Shown here: piece after piece, positions 27,502 through 34,954 of the stretch
Layout of the letters: every line of letters starts with the position of its first letter
Position numbering within the stretch: the stretch's first letter is position 1
From: a virus
Lineage: Duplodnaviria > Caudoviricetes
Virus record (IMG/VR): IMGVR_UViG_3300024275_000017
Location: 1 to 41,337 of that record
DNA length: 41,337 nucleotides
Strand: one strand, 5' to 3'
Position numbers and translations under genes: made by a program
Notes under the pieces: model-generated
Databases searched by the model: none
What the model was told of the DNA's origin: nothing
Seen by the model: only the letters and a program-made list of their open reading frames with translations

Positions 27502-27746
27502 AAAGGCAACTCAAATGTCATCTCGGTAGCTTCCCGTCGCAGTGCGTGCTGCACAAATCCACAAACGTCGGACCATTGCACGCCGCACTGAGAGCACAGC
27601 CAGCGGGCGTCGGCCTCGCTCAGACCGCGCATGACACAGTCGTAGATGATCGCCACGCTGCGCTCCTGGCGTTCCTCGGCCAGATAGGCGAGCGCGGCCG
27701 AGTCGTCATCTTCTGGCCATGGACTGTACTCGTCTTGGGGGATCAT
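27498..27746 (-). CDS. Hypothetical protein
   Basis: Coupled ORF ending ...ELPF. Confidence 0.55.
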   Translation of the reverse strand: MIPQDEYSPWPEDDDSAALAYLAEERQERSVAIIYDCVMRGLSEADARWLCSQCGVQWSDVCGFVQHALRREATEMTFELPF

Positions 27747-27922
27747 TTGGCTTTATCCAACTTGGCGCGAACAATGGTGAAACGCTCGAAGATGCTCTCT
27801 CGCAAAATATGCATGGCGACTTCCTCGACCGTCTCCCCGAGTATTTTCTGTTCCGCCAGCTTTTGCAAAAGCATCATCGCCTCTTGCGGCAATCGCAAAG
27901 GAACTCTGACCGTGCGAGCCAT
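27743..27922 (-). CDS. Ribbon-helix-helix (Arc/CopG-like) protein
   Basis: MARTVRVPLRLPQEAMMLLQKLAEQ...TVEEVAMHILRESI; GGAGG RBS; 59 aa, missed by the ORF track. Confidence 0.6.
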   Translation of the reverse strand: MARTVRVPLRLPQEAMMLLQKLAEQKILGETVEEVAMHILRESIFERFTIVRAKLDKAK

Positions 27923-28129
27923 TTAATCCTCCGTTGAGACTACTGGGCGAGCCTGCTGCTGCCGGGGATCGGATTGCCGGGGCGGGGCAGGCTCGCCGTT
28001 CGTCAGTGCAAGGTTGCGCCGTGCCTCGCGGGCCGCGCAGAGGCGGGCGCGCTGCCGGTCGCGGAAGGCTTCGGACGTGGCGTGGGTCGCAGCGGGGATG
28101 TAACGCCACGTTCTGTCGTGAAGGCTCAT
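27923..28129 (-). CDS. Hypothetical protein
   Basis: Coupled start MSLHDRTWRY. Confidence 0.5.
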   Translation of the reverse strand: MSLHDRTWRYIPAATHATSEAFRDRQRARLCAAREARRNLALTNGEPAPPRQSDPRQQQARPVVSTED

Positions 28130-28311
28130 GGCTTTGCCTCGGCTCGCGCAAGATAGGACTTGAGTTGTCGCTTGCTGATCTCGCAAACGACTGTCGGGCC
28201 ATTGGGGACCGTTCTCACGTAGACCTGAATTCCGCGGTGATCATAATAGAACCACGCCTCGCAATTCTGCTGCGCCTTCGCCTTGCGCGGCGTGCCCCAC
28301 GTATAGCTCAT
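28126..28311 (-). CDS. Hypothetical protein
   Basis: Coupled start MSYTWG. Confidence 0.5.
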   Translation of the reverse strand: MSYTWGTPRKAKAQQNCEAWFYYDHRGIQVYVRTVPNGPTVVCEISKRQLKSYLARAEAKP

Positions 28312-28406
28312 TGCAACCACCCACACGCAATGGCGAGCATCGACAGGCAGCAGATCAGCACCACGCAGGCGTCGCCCAGGTCCGACCACACATCCTTGTC
28401 CATCAT
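28308..28406 (-). CDS. Small single-TM peptide
   Basis: MMDKDVWSDLGDACVVLICCLSMLAIACGWLQ, coupled on both sides. Confidence 0.4.
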   Translation of the reverse strand: MMDKDVWSDLGDACVVLICCLSMLAIACGWLQ

Positions 28407-28519
28407 CCCCTCCGCTTGCGCTGATTGGCCGACTCGATCCGGCGCAGGATCATTGTCACCGCGGCGCAAGCGGCGACGAGGCCGACGAGCAGGGACAGGT
28501 TGGCGAGGGCAGCGATCAT
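28403..28519 (-). CDS. Small single-TM peptide
   Basis: MIAALANLSLLVGLVAACAAVTMILRR..., AGGA RBS, coupled. Confidence 0.45.
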   Translation of the reverse strand: MIAALANLSLLVGLVAACAAVTMILRRIESANQRKRRG

Positions 28520-28758
28520 GGCTTGGTTTCCTGTTCACAACTAACGCAGACGTATTTGTCGTTCATGCGGTAGCCGTCGTTCATCAATTCGATGTAGCCG
28601 ATGCCTTCGCCTTTCGGCAGTTGCTTGCCGCAAAGACGGCAGCGGGCAACGCGCTTATTCGCGACAACCAAGCCAGAATCGAAATCTGCGTAACGTTCAG
28701 AGCGCCACTGGCGAAACTGATAGGGCGATGGACGTCCGCTGATCGTGAACGACTTCAT
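28516..28758 (-). CDS. Zinc-finger hypothetical protein
   Basis: CRLCG...CVSC. Confidence 0.55.
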   Translation of the reverse strand: MKSFTISGRPSPYQFRQWRSERYADFDSGLVVANKRVARCRLCGKQLPKGEGIGYIELMNDGYRMNDKYVCVSCEQETKP

Positions 28759-29066
28759 GCTACCGTCCTCCGCTGCGCCAGTCTCGCCGCTTCCTCGTCG
28801 CGTTCCCGCTCGCGCAGGTACTCGCGCCCGGCCTTCCTGCCCCGGTACTCGCTCTGAAATATCCTGCGATGCCGGTGCCCCTGCTTGCTATGCAGCGCCA
28901 CGCCGTCGCAGGACACGTAGTAGCCGCCCGAGGGCAGGCCCGTGGGCTCGGTGACGATGCGGGTATCGAAGCGGCGCTTGTGCAGCTCTGCATTGAGCCG
29001 CGCCATATCCTCGCGTTCCTGTGCCCGGGCGTGGTCGGGATCGGTGCTGCCGTAGTAGAGGGCCAT
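28755..29066 (-). CDS. Hypothetical protein
   Basis: Start MALYYG with AGGA RBS. The upstream ORF-track extension runs into the structured RNA. Confidence 0.55.
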   Translation of the reverse strand: MALYYGSTDPDHARAQEREDMARLNAELHKRRFDTRIVTEPTGLPSGGYYVSCDGVALHSKQGHRHRRIFQSEYRGRKAGREYLRERERDEEAARLAQRRTVA

Positions 29067-29076
29067 GGTTGATCCT

Positions 29077-29406
29077 GTAGAAATGGGCATGATGGGCCAA
29101 TCGGCCTTGAGCGTGGTCAGTCGGACTTCTCTAAGTCGGCCGTCGGATGTTCGCACAGTCGGTCAATCGGGCGTTCTCGCATCGGAATTCGCGTATTCGG
29201 AGTTAAGGCAATACACGGTCTTGTGTACGGGATTCGAACCCGCTACACCATCCTTAGCAGGGATGTGCTCTACCCAATGAGCTAACACTGAAAGCGCGCG
29301 GTACGTCCGCGCCCGGCAACGACATCGGCCAATGTCTACGGATTAGGGCTCCGTGCGGCCCTTGCTCAATACGCACCAATCGGCCCATCATGCCCACGTC
29401 GTTCTA
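29077..29406 (-). ncRNA. Structured non-coding element downstream of the DIP1984-like gene
   Basis: 21-bp closing stem (29376-29396 with 29084-29104, two G-U pairs on the minus strand), three inner hairpins, tRNA-like module and (C/G)CGA array. Confidence 0.7.
29216..29291 (-). tRNA. tRNA-like element, anticodon GCT, defective acceptor stem
   Basis: D arm GCTC/GAGC, anticodon arm CATCC-CTGCTAA-GGATG, T arm GCGGG-TTCGAAT-CCCGT. Only 4 Watson-Crick acceptor pairs; ends ACCG; short variable loop. Confidence 0.65.
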
Positions 29407-29757
29407 GCCCTTCGTCACCGTGACGGCAAGCGGCGTTCCAGTTCCCTGCGGCAATGCCGGGGCGACGTAATCGGCCATCACCGTGTCGGCCACCGACACT
29501 TCGGTCGTCCAGTTCGCCTGTTGAATCGCGGCGTCGACCAGACGCAACTGACGCGCGTGCCAATCGTACTCGGCCGTCACCTGCGAGGCGGTCAGCTTCG
29601 GCACCATCGCCACGATGTCATCAATGTTCTCGGTGACGTTCTTGCGCTGCGCACGGACCTCGAACAGGTTCTTGTCCTGAATCTGCTTGAGGACGGCCAC
29701 CTTCGCTTCCAGTTCCTTGCGGCGCAGCAGCGCCTCGGCCAGTTTGATCGTTTGCAT
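29404..29757 (-). CDS. DIP1984-family coiled-coil protein
   Basis: Hallmark ends KLAEALLRRKEL and LRLVDAAIQQANWTTEV (recognised from memory of the family); AGGAG RBS. Confidence 0.75.
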   Translation of the reverse strand: MQTIKLAEALLRRKELEAKVAVLKQIQDKNLFEVRAQRKNVTENIDDIVAMVPKLTASQVTAEYDWHARQLRLVDAAIQQANWTTEVSVADTVMADYVAPALPQGTGTPLAVTVTKG

Positions 29758-29795
29758 CTTGATTCTCCTGTTGGTTGCGTTGTACGACGATTAGG

Positions 29796-29824
29796 AAGTT
29801 ACGCGGTTGCGCGTAACAGGTCAA
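29796..29824 (-). promoter_or_regulatory. Sigma70 promoter with operator O1
   Basis: TTGACC-N17-TAACTT; palindrome GTTACGC-N6-GCGTAAC at 29798-29817 overlaps the spacer and -10. Confidence 0.75.
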
Positions 29825-30019
29825 CTACCGTTCGTCGGCCAGATAAACCCGTTCGCGTTTGAGTCCGAGCGCCTTCAGGACGAGCGGCCCCGGCTTGCGA
29901 TAGCCGCGCAGCACGTCGGACAGGTATTGTTCGGACATGCCGAGGTCGGCGGCGACTTCGCGCTGCGTGCGCTCGCGGCACATGGCGGCTAACTTTTTTA
30001 CGACCGTGGCGGCATTCAT
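29825..30019 (-). CDS. XRE/Cro-like HTH repressor (probably leaderless)
   Basis: TQREVAADLGMSEQYLSDVLRG HTH; ATG lies ~8 nt downstream of the -10 box. Confidence 0.8.
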   Translation of the reverse strand: MNAATVVKKLAAMCRERTQREVAADLGMSEQYLSDVLRGYRKPGPLVLKALGLKRERVYLADER

Positions 30020-30021
30020 GG

Positions 30022-30056
30022 TTGACAACGTTACGCCGACAAGCGTAGCCTGTCAA
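30022..30056. promoter_or_regulatory. Overlapping divergent sigma70 promoters with operator O2
   Basis: Plus strand TTGACA-N18-TAGCCT; minus strand TTGACA-N17-TAACGT; GTTACGC-N6-GCGTAGC at 30030-30049. Confidence 0.75.
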
Positions 30057-30059
30057 TCT

Positions 30060-30179
30060 ATGCGACAGCGACTAGCAAGGCTTCTCAGAAATGTGGTGCA
30101 AGCGATGGTCAGGGCCGAGCAGCGCGCGCGGGGCGTGCGCCCGACACGGTTCGGGCCGAGGTTGAAACAGGTCAAATAA
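30060..30179 (+). CDS. Small basic protein (possibly leaderless)
   Basis: 39-aa ORF starting ~8 nt after the rightward -10. Confidence 0.35.
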   Translation: MRQRLARLLRNVVQAMVRAEQRARGVRPTRFGPRLKQVK

Positions 30180-30190
30180 CGGAGGCGGCG

Positions 30191-30472
30191 ATGCGGTGCA
30201 AACTGGGCGATCTTTGCATCATGGTGCGCAGCAGGTATCCGGCAAATCTCGGACTGATCGTCAAGATCATTGCACGGTCGCAATGGCCTGACGAATGGGA
30301 TTGGTACACAGAAAGCTTGGGGCGTCCGATTCAAGGCGATGTCGATCGGCTTTACCGCTCATCGGGGCCGCACAGTCAAGCCAAGGACTGGCAACTTCGC
30401 CCCCTTCCCGGCGACGTGACCGACCACGACGAGCCCGCCCAGGCGCGGGTGCCGGCCGGGGAGCGGGCGTGA
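30191..30472 (+). CDS. Hypothetical protein
   Basis: GGAGG RBS; MRCKLGDLCIMV...LRPLPGD pattern. Confidence 0.65.
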   Translation: MRCKLGDLCIMVRSRYPANLGLIVKIIARSQWPDEWDWYTESLGRPIQGDVDRLYRSSGPHSQAKDWQLRPLPGDVTDHDEPAQARVPAGERA

Positions 30473-30693
30473 TTCGGACTAAAGATGCCTTGCGCGAGTA
30501 TATGCAGGCCCATCCCGAGCAGCATTTGGAGCATTGCCGAGGCATTCGTGGTGCTGGGTGGTGGTGGATGCGCCTTGGCGGAACGCCGCAGACCGTGAAG
30601 GTACACGCCGGCGCAGCAAATGCTCTACGCAAGGCGGACGCGATAAAGTTACTGAGCAGCGATTTCACACACTCGCGTTGGGTATTGGCGTGA
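30469..30693 (+). CDS. Hypothetical protein
   Basis: GTGA coupling, GGAG RBS. Confidence 0.5.
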   Translation: MIRTKDALREYMQAHPEQHLEHCRGIRGAGWWWMRLGGTPQTVKVHAGAANALRKADAIKLLSSDFTHSRWVLA

Positions 30694-31127
30694 GGCTCAA
30701 GCCCAAGATCGACGGAAACCAGACCGAGGTCGTGACCGCCCTGCGCGCCATCGGCTGCACGGTGCATTCCCTGGCCGCATGTGGACACGGCATGCCCGAT
30801 TTGCTCGTCGGCTATCGCGGCCGGACCACACTGCTCGAGGTCAAGGACGGTTCGCTGCCGCCCTCAAAACGCGCCTTGACGCCGGATCAGGCCGCTTGGC
30901 ATGCAGAATGGCGGGGCGACCAAGTGCGCGTCGTGACAGACCGCGTAGGGGCCTTGGCGTGCGTTTCCGGAGTCGAGTCCAGACAGGGGATAACGATCGG
31001 GGCCTATCGGATCACGGCGATTGGTGAGGGCAAGGTCACGATCTACCACGTCAGCGGCGAGGGCATGGCCATCGCGGCCGCGGAGGTAGAGCAGGCCATC
31101 GGGCGGCTGTGGCGGGAGCGGTTCTGA
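30690..31127 (+). CDS. VRR-NUC-like PD-(D/E)XK nuclease (resolvase candidate)
   Basis: DGNQTEVVTALR, GMPDLLVGY, LLEVKDG and LTPDQ..W. Confidence 0.8.
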   Translation: MRLKPKIDGNQTEVVTALRAIGCTVHSLAACGHGMPDLLVGYRGRTTLLEVKDGSLPPSKRALTPDQAAWHAEWRGDQVRVVTDRVGALACVSGVESRQGITIGAYRITAIGEGKVTIYHVSGEGMAIAAAEVEQAIGRLWRERF

Positions 31128-31187
31128 TGGCGATCGCGCGCCAGACCGGTCGGCGAACAAGGACCGGCAGACAATGGAGTTATTCTG

Positions 31188-31397
31188 ATGGCAAACGGAT
31201 ATAACGTGTTGAAACGTAAGGAACGTCCTCCCGGATCAGTGGTGACGGCGGCCTTGATATTTTGTGTTGGATGCGGTGAGTGCATTGACGGCATGGGCGG
31301 GCCTGGCAACTGTCTTTGCGATGAATGTTGGGAGCGGATCAAGGGTGGAGTGCTTCGATCAGTCCCCGCCGCCGCCGCGCCCGGGGCCGGGGAATGA
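31188..31397 (+). CDS. Cys-rich zinc-binding hypothetical protein
   Basis: CVGC..C...CLCDEC; GGAG RBS. Confidence 0.5.
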   Translation: MANGYNVLKRKERPPGSVVTAALIFCVGCGECIDGMGGPGNCLCDECWERIKGGVLRSVPAAAAPGAGE

Positions 31398-31483
31398 TCG
31401 GTAATCGTCCGACTTGCTATCGGCGCGCGAGGGGCCTATGATGGGCAGTGTCGGATGTGGCAGTCCGGCGCAGACAATGGGGC

Positions 31484-31586
31484 AACCCCGGTCTTTTGCG
31501 GGGCTGATCGAGCAGGATGCGGTTCCATTGTCCCGCGTCGTGTTTGCCCAGCCAGGGCCAGTCCCGCAAAACACCGGGGTTTTTTA
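31484..31586 (+). other. Long inverted repeat with T-tract (structured RNA/terminator)
   Basis: 31484-31506 versus 31559-31581, 21/23 complementary, followed by TTTTT. Confidence 0.6.
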
Positions 31587-32009
31587 TGGGCTACTACTGT
31601 TTTGTCGAAGGTGGAGGAGTTCCCAAGCGGGAACAGCCAACACTAGACATCGCCTACATCGAAGCGCGGCGCCTTTCGGGCTTACGTCCGGGGCGCCGCG
31701 TTTTTGTTATGGAGGTGATTGGCACGATAGAACCGGCGACCGACCGTACTCCGCACGAGAGCAAAGCGCCCGACCGGGCGGCGCGGAAGAAAACGGTTGG
31801 CCCTGTCGGAGCCGTATCCGAACGTCCCTAACTGGCAAGCCGGGGATTCGGGGCCGGCATGACGCGGCAGCCCCGACGAAACGGGTTAAGCACGTATGGC
31901 CTGAGTACCCGCCCCTCATTTCGGGCGACCCGATAAGCGAGAGCAGCGTGCGGCACAAAACAGTCACCGGCGGGGCCTTCCTGGTGAGGGCTTGCCTATG
32001 GGGGTTCGC

Positions 32010-32252
32010 ATGACAATTGAGGAGTTGGGATACATGGTCGTAACGAAGTCAGTCGTGGCAGGAGTCGAGAGGATCAAGCCCCTGTCGCGCCGGTACACGG
32101 TGCGCGAGTCGGCCGAGAAGTTTATGGACTTGGCACGCAAGGCCGGGACGGACTGCTACATCAAGGTGATTCACGGCATGGAAGGTAGGCGAGGTGAGAA
32201 GCGAGCTACCGCGGTCGCGTATGGCGAGCCAAAAGACACGGGAGGCGCATGA
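32010..32252 (+). CDS. Hypothetical protein
   Basis: 80-aa ORF MTIEELGYMVV. Confidence 0.5.
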   Translation: MTIEELGYMVVTKSVVAGVERIKPLSRRYTVRESAEKFMDLARKAGTDCYIKVIHGMEGRRGEKRATAVAYGEPKDTGGA

Positions 32253-32275
32253 ATGTTGTACCGTTACAACAGTCC
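32248..32275 (+). repeat. 28-bp direct repeat, copy 1 (copy 2 at 33066-33093)
   Basis: CATGAA(T/G)GTTGTACCGTTACAACAGTCC, 27/28 identical. Confidence 0.9.
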
Positions 32276-32290
32276 ATCAATAGGTAAGCC

Positions 32291-33070
32291 ATGCACGATC
32301 CGATGACGCAAGCCTTTCGCATTCCGTATCCGTGGCGAGCCTACTCGCGAAGCAACGCCCGCAACGACTTCGAGCGCCACTATCGGCACCCGTTCATCAC
32401 CATCTGGCACGTCGACCCCGAGCGCGACGGTTCCGACGATTCCTGCGGTTGGTTCATGCGCGAGCGCCACGGCGACCCTAAGGTGTTGGAGCGTATCCGC
32501 AGGCTGTTCGCGGAGGATTGGGACCGGGTATTTGTCAGCGGCGAGTCGGGGCGCATGTATCCGGTGGGTCTGTTCTATCCCGATGGCAAGCCCCGCTTTT
32601 CGGTGCATGGCATTGTGCTCAACCTGTTCTTCCTTGCCGCCTTGGAAGCTCTCGGCGGGAGTCACAACGCGGCCCGCTTCATGCAGCGCAACCTGTGGGA
32701 AATCCTATGGTTCGCCGAGAAGCCGATCGATTCACTGCATGCGAGCCTGACGCACACCTTTGGCGTCAACGAGCACGAAACCAAGGCCGAGCGCATCGAG
32801 CACTTCGCCGGCATCATCTATGGCTGGATACTGCGCAAGTCGCGGCCGTGGTATCGCCATCCGCGCTGGCATGTCTGGCACTGGAGTTTGCAGGTGCATC
32901 CGTGGCAGCACTTTCGCCGCTGGGCACTCAACCGATGTCAGGTCTGCGGCAAGGGATTCCGCTACGGCGAGTCTCCCGTATCCGATTCCTACTGGTACAG
33001 CCGGAAGCCGAAGTTTCTGCGCGGTGAGCAGGGTCTGCGCCATTCCGACTGTGGCGGGGCGCATCCATGA
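32291..33070 (+). CDS. Trp/His-rich hypothetical protein with C-terminal Zn motif
   Basis: ITIWHVDPERDGSDDSCGW, WYRHPRWHVWHW and CQVCG...HSDC. Confidence 0.7.
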   Translation: MHDPMTQAFRIPYPWRAYSRSNARNDFERHYRHPFITIWHVDPERDGSDDSCGWFMRERHGDPKVLERIRRLFAEDWDRVFVSGESGRMYPVGLFYPDGKPRFSVHGIVLNLFFLAALEALGGSHNAARFMQRNLWEILWFAEKPIDSLHASLTHTFGVNEHETKAERIEHFAGIIYGWILRKSRPWYRHPRWHVWHWSLQVHPWQHFRRWALNRCQVCGKGFRYGESPVSDSYWYSRKPKFLRGEQGLRHSDCGGAHP

Positions 33071-33435
33071 AGGTTGTACCGTTACAACAGTCCTATGACG
33101 ATCCAGCCGTCGACTTCGATGCGTTCTGGACCCTGTACGTTCGCCACGAAGCGCGCAAGGACGCGCTCAAGGCGTGGAACCAGTTGACCGAGGCCGATCG
33201 CGTAGCCTGCCTCGCCGGGGTCGTGCTGTGGCGCAGCAACTACCTCGCCCGGGAGCGCCGGCATGTACCCTTGGGAGCCACGTTCATCAGGGGCGAGCGC
33301 TGGACCGACGAGCTGCCGGCCGTCCCGGGCTCGAGCGCGGCCTGCCACGCGCCGGCCCCCGTGCGGGCGGGCGAGCGCGGGGTGATGCCGGACAAGGTGC
33401 GTGACCTCATCCGGCAGTTGCGGGAGAAAACATGA
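33067..33435 (+). CDS. Stand-alone phage replication-initiator C-terminal-like domain
   Basis: FDAFWTLY.RHEARKDALKAWNQL...PLGATFIRGERWTDE resembles the FW..YP.K..K..A.KAW...P.P.TWL...RW.DE family. Confidence 0.65.
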   Translation: MKVVPLQQSYDDPAVDFDAFWTLYVRHEARKDALKAWNQLTEADRVACLAGVVLWRSNYLARERRHVPLGATFIRGERWTDELPAVPGSSAACHAPAPVRAGERGVMPDKVRDLIRQLREKT

Positions 33436-33491
33436 CTTACTTCGAAGGTGTGCTGATAGGGTTGCGATCACATAATCGACGCATGGCACGC

Positions 33492-33674
33492 CTAAGACGT
33501 GGTTGACTCTGGTTTGCCGACCGTCTTCCATGCTTCGGCCAGAGCGGCCCGCTTGGCGTCAAAGGCATCATCTGCCGATGTTCGCGTGCCGCCAAAGGCG
33601 TGACCGATGCTTTTCTGGTCGCAGTTCCACCCACGGCATTCGGTGATGATGCGCCACGCTTCGTCTTTGGTCAT
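33492..33674 (-). CDS. Early hypothetical protein
   Basis: MTKDEAWRII... (alternative start 33689). Confidence 0.5.
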   Translation of the reverse strand: MTKDEAWRIITECRGWNCDQKSIGHAFGGTRTSADDAFDAKRAALAEAWKTVGKPESTTS

Positions 33675-33675
33675 T

Positions 33676-33897
33676 TTAGCGTGCTCCATGCAGGATTTCG
33701 TTATCCACGTCGCGCACCGTTCGGTCGATAAAGTTTGCTGCGTGAAAGTTGTCTTCATATTCGCGCAGCAGAGCGGCAGCGAATTGCATCCCGGCGATGA
33801 AAAAAATGTATCGTTCTTCCATGCCGCAATCGGCACCTCCGGGAATCTTGTCCGCCGCCGCGATGGAACTGTAGAGGGATTTAAGAAGCTCGCTCAT
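33676..33897 (-). CDS. Early hypothetical protein
   Basis: Coupled start MSELLKSLY. Confidence 0.5.
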   Translation of the reverse strand: MSELLKSLYSSIAAADKIPGGADCGMEERYIFFIAGMQFAAALLREYEDNFHAANFIDRTVRDVDNEILHGAR

Positions 33898-34079
33898 GAC
33901 CGAGGCTCGATCAGTTGCTGCACTTTGAGGCGCGCAGGCTTGGTCAACTGACACATCATCTGTGTTGGCGTGTAACTGTCGCAAGAGCCGTCCGTGTGCT
34001 TGATCTGGACGACCAAGGGCGAGGCACTGCGAACCCATGCGCTTTCGATCTGTGTTGCGCTAATCTTTGCCTTGATCAT
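33894..34079 (-). CDS. Early hypothetical protein
   Basis: AACGGGAG RBS. Confidence 0.55.
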   Translation of the reverse strand: MIKAKISATQIESAWVRSASPLVVQIKHTDGSCDSYTPTQMMCQLTKPARLKVQQLIEPRS

Positions 34080-34107
34080 GATTGCTCCCGTTCGGTTGGT
34101 GCTGCGT

Positions 34108-34350
34108 TCACGACTTGATGGTATCGGCCGCACGTTGCTGCTCTGGGCGCGATAGATCGGCCTGAGTCTCGGGATAGGGAGGCTTGGGCACGAGCACGCG
34201 CAGGGCGAGCCGGGCCCGGGCGGCCCTGATGTTGCGGGTACCGGCTTCCCAATGTTGAAACGTCCGGAGTGCGACGCCACACTGCTCGGCGGCTCGCGAT
34301 TGACTCAGGCCACTGGCCAGACGCAGAAAACGCAGCTCGGTGCCGGTCAT
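34108..34350 (-). CDS. XRE-type HTH protein (Aca-like)
   Basis: LRFLRLASGLSQSRAAEQCGVALRTFQHWEAG. Confidence 0.8.
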   Translation of the reverse strand: MTGTELRFLRLASGLSQSRAAEQCGVALRTFQHWEAGTRNIRAARARLALRVLVPKPPYPETQADLSRPEQQRAADTIKS

Positions 34351-34859
34351 GGCGTGGCCTCTGCTTTGGCGATGGCGGCGCGTGCGCTAACCCTCGCCGC
34401 CGCGGATACACTGTTGCCGCCGTCGTCGAACGCTTCGGATACCCGCAACATTTCGCGCAGCGAAGCAAGTAACTCGGGACCGGCCTCCTTGACGCGATGG
34501 ACGCGGGCGAGTTCATCGCGTTCGCGCTCCTGCGCTTTCAGTTCCGATTCTTTGTCCGCTAGTGCTTTGGCGTACAGCTCATCTCGGTGCGCAACCGTGA
34601 GCATCGCGGCAAGCATCAATGCGCCGAATGTTGAATTTGTGCGCAGTTTGCGCGCGTGGTAGTAACCGGGGTCGCGTGGAGTCATATCGAGAGGGCAGTT
34701 CTTATACAGCACGTCTTCGGCGTCGAACGTAGAACCGTTGACGGTAAACCAAACGTGATAACGCGCGCCGTCAAAGTCGCAACTGAGTGCGGCGCGGGAA
34801 TTGTTACAGCCCAGATTATCAATATGGACATTCTTGATCGTGTCAGGCGTAGGTTTCAT
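34347..34859 (-). CDS. Early hypothetical protein
   Basis: AACGGGAG RBS; C-terminal GPELLASL...ARAAIAKAE motif. Confidence 0.65.
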   Translation of the reverse strand: MKPTPDTIKNVHIDNLGCNNSRAALSCDFDGARYHVWFTVNGSTFDAEDVLYKNCPLDMTPRDPGYYHARKLRTNSTFGALMLAAMLTVAHRDELYAKALADKESELKAQERERDELARVHRVKEAGPELLASLREMLRVSEAFDDGGNSVSAAARVSARAAIAKAEATP

Positions 34860-34882
34860 GGTTCAATCTCCCGTTAATGGTT

Positions 34883-34954
34883 TCAGGCTTCGGCCGCGGC
34901 GGATTGGGTGAGGCCGGCGGTCAGGCGCAGGGCGAGCAGTTCGGGGCCGGTCAT
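34883..34954 (-). pseudogene. Truncated paralogue of the HTH gene (23 aa)
   Basis: MTGPELLALRLTAGLTQSAAAEA* versus MTGTELRFLRLASGLSQSRAAEQ. Confidence 0.75.

Noticed and set aside
29216-29291. Ordinary tRNA-Ser gene or attP remnant
   Set aside because: It lacks the long variable arm and a full acceptor stem, no integrase is present, and it is nested in a larger structure.
29077-29406. MITE/IS element or Y RNA
   Set aside because: No target duplication or transposase is seen, and the repeat mismatches are strand-specific G-U pairs. There is no Ro60/Rsr gene and the tRNA arms are not permuted.
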